Origin: Acidimicrobiia bacterium
Lineage (GTDB): Bacteria; Actinomycetota; Acidimicrobiia; Spongiisociales; ZC4RG35
Direction: 5' to 3'
Assembly: GCA_965215185.1 (NCBI GenBank)
Contig: OZ244034.1
Span: 1,120,001-1,184,000, forward strand
Length of the DNA stretch: 64,000 bases
Part shown: positions 50,610-60,280 of the stretch, piece after piece
How the letters are laid out: each line of letters opens with the position of its first letter
Numbering within the stretch: the stretch's first letter is position 1
Made by a program: the position numbers and the translations under genes
Notes under the pieces: generated by a model
Database searches by the model: none
Told to the model about the DNA's origin: nothing
What the model saw: only the letters and a program-made list of their open reading frames with translations

Positions 50610-52157
50610 CTACCGGGCGGAGGCGAGAACTTGGGCGCTGGCAAGGATTGCTGCAGTTTGAGCTCGGGTGATTGGTTGATAGGGGCAGAAGCGAGCCGGA
50701 TTGACGCCACATCCCTGGATGAGATCCGAGGAGGCAGCGATAGCAATGTTTACGGAATGGGAGTTCCTTGAGATGTCGGTGAAATCGACGCTGCTATCGC
50801 CGGTGATTGCGAAGGCGCGGACCACCAGAGACGCCATCTGACCTCTGGTAACCGAATCGTTTGGACAGAAACGGACAGGGTCGGTGGCGCATCCCCGGGT
50901 GACACCCAATGCGGCCAAGCGTTCCACATAGGGCGCCCACCACTGGCCTGTGTCGATGTCCCCGAACCGGGTCACCGGGATAGGCTCAAGCTCAACGCCC
51001 TCAAGAGCCCGGACAAGCCACACCGCCAATACCCAGCGTTGGATAGGATCACTGGGGCAAAGAAGCTCAGGGCCGCACTCCGTGTAGTCGAAAACTCCTT
51101 CACCCAAGAACGACTCAACTGCTGAGAGGTGACGGCCCGCAACGTCTCTGTAATGGTCGGGTTCGTGGAAAGCCGCCTCCGTCATGGTTTCCAAAGGTGG
51201 GTCCACACAATTGCCGGTGCCTCCACCGTACAGTCTCCTACTCGTGACGTGGGTTCCGTTGTAGCCAGAGCCCGGGTCGTCGGTGGTGAGATATCGCACG
51301 ATTCCATCAGCGATCGCTGAAGCTTCCACTGTTTGCACTGTCTCATCGGAGAGCAGTCGCTCTTCGGCCAGGTTGGACAGGTAGGCGGCTTCGGTTATCA
51401 CAGAAGTCATCCCCGGGGTGTATTGCAGGATGCCGTAGAAGTCTTTGCCGTCCCGTTGGCGGACAATGGCATTGGCCCCGCGGAAGACCGCCCGGCGCCA
51501 GTCGATGTCATATTGTGAAAGGCCATCGCGGATCTCTTCGTAGAGGATCCCGGCCAGGCGCATGGAGTTCGGATTGTTCGCGTGGTGGTAGGTTTCGGTG
51601 CCGGGTTCATCGGAGCGACGCGTGGCCCCGCTGTTGTGATGGATGGACACAAAAACATCGGGGTTCAGAGCGCGGGCGATCTCGGCACGTACCAGAATCG
51701 GCAACCGCACGTCTGTGGTACGAGTCAAGAACACACGGTAGCCTCGAGCCTCCAAAAAGGCGGCGGCCATCTTGGCGATCGACAGATTCAGGTCCTCTTC
51801 TCGGAGCCCCTCACGACCTATCATTCCTAGATCTTCTCCCCCATGGCCGGGATCGAGCACCACATCGACATCTGATATATAGGCGCCAGTGCTTACGACT
51901 GCCTGGTTCCAGCAGGGGGTGGTGACGAGGTAGCCGTCGGGCAGCACCTCCCGCACAGGCAGCACCAGCCCCGAGCCGGTTACGACAACACCGCCCCCGG
52001 ACGGGCTCGGCGCGGTATCGTGGGCCATGACCGAGGCGGGCACCAGCGTCGAGGCCACACCCACCAGCACCGACCCGACTACGAACTTCCTGTACCCGGC
52101 CCATCTGAATCCCAGGAACCGGCGACTTACCGCCGACCAACCTGAAATGATGTCCAT
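50610..52157 (-). CDS. N-acetylmuramoyl-L-alanine amidase (Amidase_3) with C-terminal SLH domains
   Basis: Signal peptide; LDPGHGG, EEDLNL, SIHHN, TEAAY; SLH-like FGDI...W...V..L...G.T.GC...FCP...VTRGQMA. Start uncertain. Confidence 0.85.
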   Translation of the reverse strand: MDIISGWSAVSRRFLGFRWAGYRKFVVGSVLVGVASTLVPASVMAHDTAPSPSGGGVVVTGSGLVLPVREVLPDGYLVTTPCWNQAVVSTGAYISDVDVVLDPGHGGEDLGMIGREGLREEDLNLSIAKMAAAFLEARGYRVFLTRTTDVRLPILVRAEIARALNPDVFVSIHHNSGATRRSDEPGTETYHHANNPNSMRLAGILYEEIRDGLSQYDIDWRRAVFRGANAIVRQRDGKDFYGILQYTPGMTSVITEAAYLSNLAEERLLSDETVQTVEASAIADGIVRYLTTDDPGSGYNGTHVTSRRLYGGGTGNCVDPPLETMTEAAFHEPDHYRDVAGRHLSAVESFLGEGVFDYTECGPELLCPSDPIQRWVLAVWLVRALEGVELEPIPVTRFGDIDTGQWWAPYVERLAALGVTRGCATDPVRFCPNDSVTRGQMASLVVRAFAITGDSSVDFTDISRNSHSVNIAIAASSDLIQGCGVNPARFCPYQPITRAQTAAILASAQVLASAR

Positions 52158-52363
52158 AGGTGCTATAGCTGTTCTCCTATGGACATCCACTTTAGACGCC
52201 CGGATCGGAATCTCTATCAGCATCCCTTTCTTCAGTTCTATTCGGAGCAGAATTCCAAATTTGGAGCACATGGTGGGTTGGTGCAACCTCAGTGGAATGT
52301 GCATCTCATGCCAGCCTGTTGGGCCGAGGTTCGGGCATTTAGGAATATGGAAATAGCATTAAT

Positions 52364-53092
52364 GTGGTGTCTGATTCCAATATCCCTCAAGTGGGAGTCG
52401 ATAGCGACTTCTCAGGGCGAGACTCCGCCGCCCGAATCGCAGGGGCCCTTCTAATTGTGACTGCGGTGATTACCGCCATCTCCGCGGTAGGACGTCTCGT
52501 CGCCGATGCCGATCAGCCCACACTGGCAGAGTCATTGGAAGCCATATCGCTGAATGCCGGACTTTACGGGCTGGGGGGCGCGGCGCGCCTGGTGGCGGGG
52601 ATAACACTGCTAGCCGCCGCCCAGTCTCTATTGAGGACCTGGATAATCCGAAGGCGCCTGGACTCCCCTATGGTTCCCATCCTGTTCTCCGTGTCAGGCA
52701 TTTTCACCGCCATCTCCGGAATCTGCGCCCTCTTACTGGCTATCACAGTCCCTGACCTGTTTGTGGCAACGTCTGGATCTGAAGTAAGCCGGTTCCTAGA
52801 GGTCACCGAGCTTCTTCGGTGGCTAACCGGCAAGACCGGGTTCGCAATCGCAGGATTGGCACTGATCATCGCCTCGCGGTCTCAGTGGAAGGTCGGTGGA
52901 GCGTTGCGCCTCATTGCACCGGCATCGGCGATTCTCGGGGTGGCGATGCAGTTCATCTGGATAGACGCCGCCACTCTCCTGCATCCAATCGTGGGTGCTG
53001 CTTTCTTCGTCTGGCTCCTTGCTGTGGGCGCAATGCTATTGACCGGTCGCACCGAAAAGCTCTTCGCCCGGATGGCCCACGCACTCCCATGA
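52364..53092 (+). CDS. Hypothetical membrane protein (about 6 TM)
   Basis: 242-aa hydrophobic ORF; family not confidently recognised. Confidence 0.7.
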   Translation: MVSDSNIPQVGVDSDFSGRDSAARIAGALLIVTAVITAISAVGRLVADADQPTLAESLEAISLNAGLYGLGGAARLVAGITLLAAAQSLLRTWIIRRRLDSPMVPILFSVSGIFTAISGICALLLAITVPDLFVATSGSEVSRFLEVTELLRWLTGKTGFAIAGLALIIASRSQWKVGGALRLIAPASAILGVAMQFIWIDAATLLHPIVGAAFFVWLLAVGAMLLTGRTEKLFARMAHALP

Positions 53093-53457
53093 TTGGAGCC
53101 ACCAATACTCAGAAGAGAGGTGCTGGTTGATTTACCCAACAGGGCCCTCCCTTGAGGATCTTGTCTTGCCCTAGCCTCCCCGAGTTGACTCATGCGTTGC
53201 AGCATTTGAGAGGTCCCAAGATGCTACGGTCATAGCGGCGCCCTAAACCAACAGTATCAAGACACCGCTTTCTGATCTGTAGCACAACGCGTTAGATGCT
53301 TCGGGAAGAGCACAATCGGCGCCGCCGCTTGGCGTGGGAGTACTGGTGGCGATGGGAATGGCCTTGGCCGCGGTGGCCTCATGGTCGCTGCGCCGCACCG
53401 TCACCCGCATCTTTTGACCTCCCCCCACCCCGCAGGATTGTCAGGCTTGCCGGGCGC

Positions 53458-54351
53458 TCAGATCTTGAAGCGAATGGCGGCCGGAATGCTGGATACTTTC
53501 ATCGGCGTGTAACCGATCAAGTCCCCGTCAGCTTCCACCGGCCAAGGTGGATCGGTGGTTATCTCGAAGCTCTCCCAACTCCTCCGCTGCACCCAGGGCT
53601 CTTTCAGATGCATTCCTTTGATGATCTTGGGGACCACCATCGGCAACTGGTACTTTCTGGCGGTGATGACCTGCAGATCCAAGCGGTTGTCCACCAGGTT
53701 GGCCTTGGGCGCTATGTTCCATTTCCAAGCAAAGAACTGGGCGTTGGCCACAATCACCGCCAAGGCGTCGGCAGAAATGGCGCGTCGGCGACCTTGGACC
53801 GTCACCATGGCTCGGGGAAACCCAGGCAACCGGGCCAGGAACGCCAACCCATAGCGGGACGCTCCCACCCAGGCCGGAAGCTTGCCAGCGGTCTCGGCCG
53901 CGGCGGCGCCCACTCCGGCCTCGGCCACATTGACGAAAAACCGCCGACCCCAAGAGCCTTCCAGGCATCCGACATCAATGTCGTACCAGCCGGAGGAGCC
54001 TAGACGGGAAGCGGCTTCGCTCAACTGCCGGGACAACCCGAAGGTTCGGATGAAATCGCAGGCAGTCCCGCAGGGAAGCATGGCCACTCGGGGAGGCTCT
54101 GACCATTGCTCCGCACACAAGGCATTCACCGCCAGGCTGAGGGTGCCGTCACCACCCGCCACCGCCACCCGACCTTCGGAAGACACCACCTCCACCACCC
54201 GCTCAGCCATCCATTCTGGCGATCGGGGCAACTCCACCCGGGCGGTAATACCCTGGCTGGTCAACGTATCTTCAAGGACCTGCGGAGAAACCTTTCCCCG
54301 GCCCGCCCTCAGATTGAAGAGCACGGTCCAGTCGGTGAAGCTCTCCGTCAC
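53458..54351 (-). CDS. Diacylglycerol/lipid kinase family protein (YegS/DagK-like)
   Basis: N..AG, AGGDGT, LPCGTACDF, F.NVA..G, EADGD. Confidence 0.88.
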   Translation of the reverse strand: MTESFTDWTVLFNLRAGRGKVSPQVLEDTLTSQGITARVELPRSPEWMAERVVEVVSSEGRVAVAGGDGTLSLAVNALCAEQWSEPPRVAMLPCGTACDFIRTFGLSRQLSEAASRLGSSGWYDIDVGCLEGSWGRRFFVNVAEAGVGAAAAETAGKLPAWVGASRYGLAFLARLPGFPRAMVTVQGRRRAISADALAVIVANAQFFAWKWNIAPKANLVDNRLDLQVITARKYQLPMVVPKIIKGMHLKEPWVQRRSWESFEITTDPPWPVEADGDLIGYTPMKVSSIPAAIRFKI

Positions 54352-54372
54352 CGTTGTGTGACCGTCTGGGCG

Positions 54373-54609
54373 CTAGGCCAGAAGCCAGATGAGTGCGACA
54401 GTGGTCACCGCAAACCCGACGACCGTCATAACGGTGAGACGACTCAGATTGCGCTCGGCCACAATGGATCCTCCCACTGAAGAATTCATCCCACCGCCGA
54501 ATGCGTCGGAGAGCCCGCCGCCTCGCCCGGAGTGCAAGAGAATCAACACGATCAAACCAAGAGAGAGCAGCACATGAATCGTGATCACAACCACTTGCAA
54601 AATAGCCAT
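54373..54609 (-). CDS. secG: Preprotein translocase subunit SecG
   Basis: LILLHSGRGGGLSDAFGGG...AERNL.RLT. Confidence 0.95.
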   Translation of the reverse strand: MAILQVVVITIHVLLSLGLIVLILLHSGRGGGLSDAFGGGMNSSVGGSIVAERNLSRLTVMTVVGFAVTTVALIWLLA

Positions 54610-54614
54610 AGCGC

Positions 54615-55361
54615 TTATTCTATCGCGGCTTGCGCAGCCACTGCCGCCGCCGCGGCCTTGGCGGCTTCCGGATCGCCCAGATACCTGGATCCGGCAGGCC
54701 GCAGGCCCGCGTCCACTTCATATAACAGCGGGATCCCTGTGGGGATATTCAATGCAGAGATCTCCTTTTCAGAGATGTCTTCCAAGTGCTTCAAAAGGGC
54801 TCGGAGGCTGTTTCCATGCGCCACCACCAAGGGTGTCGTCCCTCGGCGCAGTTGTGGGACTATCCGGTCGTGCCAGTAGGGAAGGAAACGGTCGACCACG
54901 TCCTTCAGGCACTCGGTGGCGGGAAGCAATTCGGGCGCCAGGTCGGCGTAGGCGGAGTCGAAACGGGGATGGCGAGGGTCGTCCGGCGCCACAGGTGGAG
55001 GTCGAACGTCGTAGCTGCGCCGCCAGATGTGTACCTGGTCGGCGCCGTGCTCAAGGGAGGTCTGTTTTTTGTTCAAGCCCTGTAGAGCCCCGTAATGCCG
55101 TTCGTTGAGACGCCAATGGCGCATCACCGGAAGCCAGGCCAGCCCCATTTCGGCCAACGCCAATTCGGCGGTGCGGATGGAGCGGAGCAACATCGAAGTG
55201 TGCACCACTTCGAAACGCAGGCCCTCCTGTTTCATTAGCCGCCCGGCCGACCGGGCTTCCGCCTCGCCCTGAGGGGTGAGGTCAACATTCGTCCACCCAG
55301 AGAACTGATTGGACAGATTCCACTCCGACTGCCCATGGCGAAGTAACACCATTCTGTACAT
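54615..55361 (-). CDS. gpmA: 2,3-bisphosphoglycerate-dependent phosphoglycerate mutase
   Basis: [40 protein letters not shown]. Confidence 0.96.
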   Translation of the reverse strand: MYRMVLLRHGQSEWNLSNQFSGWTNVDLTPQGEAEARSAGRLMKQEGLRFEVVHTSMLLRSIRTAELALAEMGLAWLPVMRHWRLNERHYGALQGLNKKQTSLEHGADQVHIWRRSYDVRPPPVAPDDPRHPRFDSAYADLAPELLPATECLKDVVDRFLPYWHDRIVPQLRRGTTPLVVAHGNSLRALLKHLEDISEKEISALNIPTGIPLLYEVDAGLRPAGSRYLGDPEAAKAAAAAVAAQAAIE

Positions 55362-55477
55362 GCGAGGTCAGGCTACCGGAATCCCGTCTCGACAACCAGC
55401 CGACGTTGCAAGATGTGCGCAAATGACCTCGAATGCCCCCGTAAAATGGCGCCTGGCACTGCGTTTTGTTACCGGTA

Positions 55478-56248
55478 TTACATCCAGTACCGGGCCACGG
55501 CCGCGAAGGTGTCGGGATCGAGGCTGGCGCCCCCCACCAAGGCGCCGTCGATGTGGCGCTTGGCCATGAATGCGGCCACGTTGCCGGGGTTGACCGACCC
55601 CCCATAGAGAATCCTCACTTGCTCGCCGGCTTCGACGCCGCCCATGGCCGTCACCGTGTCCCGCAGCAGGTTGCACACCTCGTCGGCGTTGCCGGCGCTG
55701 GCGTGTCGACCGGTGCCGATCGCCCACACCGGTTCGTAGGCCACCGTTATCGACCGGCGTTGCTCGGAGGTAAGCCGCCGCAGCGCTCCGCGCAGCTGGG
55801 TGGTCACCACCCGGTCGGTCTCCCCGGCCTCCCGCTGGGAGAGAGTCTCGCCTACGCACACCACCGGCGTCATGTCCGCCGCCAAAACTGCCCGCACCCG
55901 TTTGTTGACCAGTTCGTCGGTCTCGGCGAACATTGCCCGCCGCTCCGAGTGCCCGACGATCACATAGCCGACATCCAGCTTGGCGAGCATGCTGGCCGAT
56001 ACTTCGCCGGTGAAAGCCCCCTCATTCTGCCAGTGGACATGCTGCGCGCCTAACCCAAAGGGCATCCGGTCGGCCATGATCAGGGTCTGGACAGTGCGAA
56101 GGCAGGTGAACGGCGGAGCGATCACCACCTCGGTACGGTCGAAGTCGGCGGCATCCAGCCGATACCAGAGCTTTTGAACTACCGCGATGGCCTCCAAATG
56201 AGTGAGGTTCATCTTCCAGTTGCCCATAATCAAACTTTTACGTGTCAT
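55478..56248 (-). CDS. tpiA: Triosephosphate isomerase
   Basis: GNWKMN, GHSERR, AYEPVWAIGTG, YGGSV, LVGGASL. Confidence 0.97.
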   Translation of the reverse strand: MTRKSLIMGNWKMNLTHLEAIAVVQKLWYRLDAADFDRTEVVIAPPFTCLRTVQTLIMADRMPFGLGAQHVHWQNEGAFTGEVSASMLAKLDVGYVIVGHSERRAMFAETDELVNKRVRAVLAADMTPVVCVGETLSQREAGETDRVVTTQLRGALRRLTSEQRRSITVAYEPVWAIGTGRHASAGNADEVCNLLRDTVTAMGGVEAGEQVRILYGGSVNPGNVAAFMAKRHIDGALVGGASLDPDTFAAVARYWM

Positions 56249-56256
56249 ATGCGCTC

Positions 56257-57438
56257 CTAAGGTACCCACTTCTTCAAGATCTCCACACCCGGTAGGGGCG
56301 TGCCCTTCAACAGCCGCAACCCCGCTCCGCCGCCAGTAGAGAGATGGGACACCTGATTTTCCAACCTCAGCAGCCGAACAGCGGCAGCTGAGTCTCCCCC
56401 ACCTACCACCGAGAAGGCTTCCGAGGAAGCCACCGCTCGGGCCACTACGTCGGTTCCCGATCGGAAAGCTTCCCACTCGAAGACTCCCATCGGCCCGTTC
56501 CAGAAGATACTCCCCGCTCCTTTACACACCTGCGCAATGCTCCGGGCGGTGACGGGACCGATATCCAAGCCCATCTCATTATCTTCGATGGTCCGGGCGT
56601 CGGTCACCCGGTGTTTGGCATCGGCCCTGAATTTCCGGGTTACCACCATGTCTTCGGGGAGTAGCACCTTCCCGCCTTGAGGTCCTCGTAGCAACTCGAC
56701 GACAGAGGGCACCATCTCTTTCTCAACAAGGCTCTTTCCAATCGCATATCCCTCGGCCCGCAGCGCCGTGAAGGCCATTGCGCCTCCTATCGCCAACACA
56801 TCACACATCTTCACCAAGGTGGAGAGCACCCCCAGCTTGTCAGAGACTTTGGCCCCGCCCATGATCACCACAAATGGGCGGGGTGGATCTCTCAACAGAC
56901 TGCCCATCGCCTCCAGTTCAGTAGCCAATAACGGACCGGCCACCGAACGCACCTGCGCCGCCACCCCCACCGTGGAAGCGTGAGCGCGGTGAACAGAGCC
57001 GAACGCATCCTGGCAGAACAGATCGGCCAGCTCCGCCAACTGAGCCCCCAGCCCCGGATCGTTGGATGTCTCTCCGGGATGGAATCGGGTGTTCTCCAGC
57101 AGAAACACCTCCCCTGGTCGTCCCTGGAGGACTGCTTCGGTGGCTTGCGGTCCGGCCACCACCGGCAGGTGTCTAACAGGAAAGCCGCCCAGTTGCTCCA
57201 TGCGCCGGGCCACCGGGCCCAGGCTGTAGCAAGGATCAGGTCCCTTGGGGCGGCCCAGGTGGCTGCACACCACCACCACTGCCCCTTGGGAACGAAGCCT
57301 TTCCACCACGCCCAGCGAGGCCCGGATGCGAAAGTCGTCGGCCACCTCCCCATCGGCCAGCGGTGTGTTTAGGTCAGCGCGGACCAGTACCCGGCGTCCG
57401 CCGGCCTCGACATTGTCGAGGGTCAGATACTCGGGCAT
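56257..57438 (-). CDS. pgk: Phosphoglycerate kinase
   Basis: RADLNTP, SHLGRP, LLENTRF, DAFG..HRAHAS, GGAKVSDK, WNGPMGVFE, GGGDS, STGGGA. Confidence 0.96.
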   Translation of the reverse strand: MPEYLTLDNVEAGGRRVLVRADLNTPLADGEVADDFRIRASLGVVERLRSQGAVVVVCSHLGRPKGPDPCYSLGPVARRMEQLGGFPVRHLPVVAGPQATEAVLQGRPGEVFLLENTRFHPGETSNDPGLGAQLAELADLFCQDAFGSVHRAHASTVGVAAQVRSVAGPLLATELEAMGSLLRDPPRPFVVIMGGAKVSDKLGVLSTLVKMCDVLAIGGAMAFTALRAEGYAIGKSLVEKEMVPSVVELLRGPQGGKVLLPEDMVVTRKFRADAKHRVTDARTIEDNEMGLDIGPVTARSIAQVCKGAGSIFWNGPMGVFEWEAFRSGTDVVARAVASSEAFSVVGGGDSAAAVRLLRLENQVSHLSTGGGAGLRLLKGTPLPGVEILKKWVP

Positions 57439-57540
57439 CGGTCAAGCAGGGTCATGGGGATTCACATTTGCAGCCACGACTCTCATCGGCACGAGGGGTC
57501 GTTCACTACGGAGAAACTGCTATTTGGCGCCTGCGGCGAC

Positions 57541-58434
57541 TCATCCTGCGCCCACATCCCGATGGAAGACAGAGACCTCGACACGGTGGAGGGCCAGGCG
57601 ACGCCATAATTCCTCCGCGATCGCCACCGATCGATGCCGCCCGCCAGTGCATCCCACGGCAATGGTCAGATAGGACTTGCCCTCGGCTCGGTAGCGGGGC
57701 GCCAGGAACAGCAGCAGTTCCATCACCCGTTCCAAGAAGCCGGTGGTGTCAGGGTTATCGAGCACAAAGGCGGCCACCTCCGAATCGGTTCCGGTCTTGG
57801 GTCGCAGTTCCGGTTTCCAATGCGGGTTGGGCAGGAACCGAACATCGAACACCACATCGGCGTCGCGTGGCAGCCCGTTCTTATACCCGAAGGAGATGAG
57901 CGAGATTTGCATGGCCCGGGCCTTCCCCTCCGCGCCGAATCGGGCGATCACCCGTTCCCGGAGTTGGTGAATGTTGAAGTCAGAAGTGTCGATAATCAGA
58001 TCGGACGCAGCCCTCAATCCCGACAGGAGTCGGCGTTCGGCGGAGATTGCCGCCGGGAGAGATTCACCACCCTGGGGATGCGGTCGCCGGGTCTCCTCGT
58101 AGCGGCGGATCAGCACCCGATCTTCGGCGTCAAGGAAGACCACCCCTGGGCTGATCCCGAGTCCTCCCAGTTGGTCAACCGCCCGGCCGATCACTTCCTC
58201 GGGACTGAGGTGGGATTCCCACGACCGTATCACCATGGCCAGGGGGGCGGTCTTAGTAACTCCCTTGTCCCGGGATGCGACTTCCACGACCATTACCGGA
58301 GGAAGATTGTCGATCACCCGATAGGAGAGATCCTCCAGAATCCGGGCCACCGATCCCCGACCGGCGCCCGACATACCGGTGATCAGTAGCATTTCAGGCT
58401 GATGCTCCGAAGGGGACGCAAGGGGTCCGCCCAC
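57541..58434 (-). CDS. rapZ: RNase adapter / P-loop NTPase RapZ (YvcJ)
   Basis: ITGMSGAG, DNLP, SFGYKNG.P, DVRFLPNPHW, GCTGGRHRSV. Confidence 0.93.
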   Translation of the reverse strand: MGGPLASPSEHQPEMLLITGMSGAGRGSVARILEDLSYRVIDNLPPVMVVEVASRDKGVTKTAPLAMVIRSWESHLSPEEVIGRAVDQLGGLGISPGVVFLDAEDRVLIRRYEETRRPHPQGGESLPAAISAERRLLSGLRAASDLIIDTSDFNIHQLRERVIARFGAEGKARAMQISLISFGYKNGLPRDADVVFDVRFLPNPHWKPELRPKTGTDSEVAAFVLDNPDTTGFLERVMELLLFLAPRYRAEGKSYLTIAVGCTGGRHRSVAIAEELWRRLALHRVEVSVFHRDVGAG

Positions 58435-58440
58435 TGGCTC

Positions 58441-60267
58441 CTACTTCCCGTGCAGCAGCAGATGCAGGTCGTCGGCCACCGCGGCGGGTACCACCTCGGC
58501 CAACTCTGCCACCTCCGCCTCCCGGAGGCGTCGCAGCGACCCGAATTTGCGCAGCAACGCCCGCTTGCGGACCGGGCCGATACCCGGCGCTTCGTCCAAC
58601 AATGAATCCAACATCCCCTTGGAGCGGAGTTTACGGTGATACTCCACCGCAAACCGGTGAGCCTCGTCACGAATCCGTTGCAGTATGTAGAGTGCCTCCG
58701 CTCGGCGGGAGATGCGGAGAGGCTCGGCCAGGTCGGGAAAGTAGACCTCTTCCATCCGTTTGGCCAACCCCACCACCGGGATGTCCAACCCCAGTTCGTC
58801 CAACACCCTCACCGCCCTTCCCAGTTGCCCGATGCCCCCGTCGATCACCACCAGGGAAGGCGGATAGCGAAAGCGGCTGTGCTCCTGGGCGGGGAGTTTG
58901 CGATCGGCCAGATAGGCGGTGAACCTGCGGCGGATCGCTTCTTCCATGGAAGCGAAGTCGTCCTGTCCCCGCACCTTTCGGATCTTGAAGCGCCGGTATT
59001 CCGACTTGCGCGGCAAGCCGTCTTCCACCACCACCATGGACGCGACGGTGTGGGTTCCCATCAGGGTTGAGACGTCGAAAGCCTCGATCCGCAACGGGGG
59101 TTCCGGCAACCCCAGCACCTCCTGAAGACTGCGAAGCCCCCGGGCGCGGGCGTTGTGATCGGACTGGCGCCGCAGGCGGTGCCTTCCGAACTTCTCTCGG
59201 GCGTTGGCCACGGCCGTTTCCATCAGCCGACGTTTGGCGCCCCTCTGGGGCACCCGCAATTCCACTGGACCTCCCCGCCGTTCCACCAGCCATGCTCTGA
59301 AGGTCTCGGGGTCGGGTGGTAGATCGCCGATCATCACCAGCGGTGCGGGCACACGATCCCCGTAGAGTTCTCGGAGGATCGATCCGGCCAATTCCCGCTC
59401 GTTCACCTCCTCCACGCGGTCCACCACCGATCCCAGTTGACCCACCACCCGCCCTCGGCGAACAAACAGCACCCAGATAGCAGTCTCCAACTCGTCGCCG
59501 TGCCCGGCAATCAGGTCAAAATCCTCGCGGCGGTCGGTGACCATCTCCTGGCGGGCCAAGGCCTTCTCCAAATCGGCCAGCCGGTCACGGTAACGGGCGG
59601 CGGACTCATATTCCAGGGCCTCCGATGATTGGTGCATTCGGGTGGTGATTTCCTCCACCACCTGATCCACATCACCCTGGAGAAACCCGGCAAGGCCGTT
59701 CACCGCCTCCTGATAATCCTCCTCGGAGACCTCGCCCACGCACGGCCCCGAGCACTTTTCGATGTGAAAGAGCAGACAGGGACGGCCCTGGAGCTGTTGC
59801 CGACGGAACAAGGAGTCCGAGCAGGTGCGAACCGGAAAGGTGCGTAACACCAGATCGAGCGTCTTGCGAATGGCGTAAGTGTGAGCATATGGACCGTAGT
59901 AAGCCGTCCCCTTGCGTCGGCGTCCCCTCATCACATGGGCACGAGGCCACTGATCCGAAAGGGTGATAGCCAGATAGGGATAACTCTTGTCATCCCGCAG
60001 CCGGATGTTGAAACGGGGCCGATGCGCTTTGATCAGAGAATACTCCAACATGATCGCCTCCACCTCCGAAGAGGCGACGATCCACTCCACATCCCGCGCC
60101 GATTTCACCATCGCCGAGGTGCGCAATTGCAATTCCCGCCCGAAGTAGGAGGCCACCCGCTTGCGGAGCGACTTGGCTTTGCCGACATAGATGACCCGCC
60201 CGTCACCGTCCCGAAAAAGGTAGGCGCCCGGAGCGTCGGGAATCTCAGCGGAGGGGGGACGGTCCAT
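58441..60267 (-). CDS. uvrC: Excinuclease ABC subunit C
   Basis: YVGKAKSLRKRV.SYF GIY-YIG, DDKSYP, RIEAFD.S, IDGG.GQ, RDEAHRFA, HhH. Confidence 0.97.
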   Translation of the reverse strand: MDRPPSAEIPDAPGAYLFRDGDGRVIYVGKAKSLRKRVASYFGRELQLRTSAMVKSARDVEWIVASSEVEAIMLEYSLIKAHRPRFNIRLRDDKSYPYLAITLSDQWPRAHVMRGRRRKGTAYYGPYAHTYAIRKTLDLVLRTFPVRTCSDSLFRRQQLQGRPCLLFHIEKCSGPCVGEVSEEDYQEAVNGLAGFLQGDVDQVVEEITTRMHQSSEALEYESAARYRDRLADLEKALARQEMVTDRREDFDLIAGHGDELETAIWVLFVRRGRVVGQLGSVVDRVEEVNERELAGSILRELYGDRVPAPLVMIGDLPPDPETFRAWLVERRGGPVELRVPQRGAKRRLMETAVANAREKFGRHRLRRQSDHNARARGLRSLQEVLGLPEPPLRIEAFDVSTLMGTHTVASMVVVEDGLPRKSEYRRFKIRKVRGQDDFASMEEAIRRRFTAYLADRKLPAQEHSRFRYPPSLVVIDGGIGQLGRAVRVLDELGLDIPVVGLAKRMEEVYFPDLAEPLRISRRAEALYILQRIRDEAHRFAVEYHRKLRSKGMLDSLLDEAPGIGPVRKRALLRKFGSLRRLREAEVAELAEVVPAAVADDLHLLLHGK

Positions 60268-60280
60268 CCCTTGTCCCAGG

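Noticed and set aside
53298-53417. Hydrophobic frame GVGVLVAMGMALAAVASWSLRRTVTRIF
   Set aside because: Could be a membrane gene remnant or micro-protein, but there is no RBS or homology evidence.
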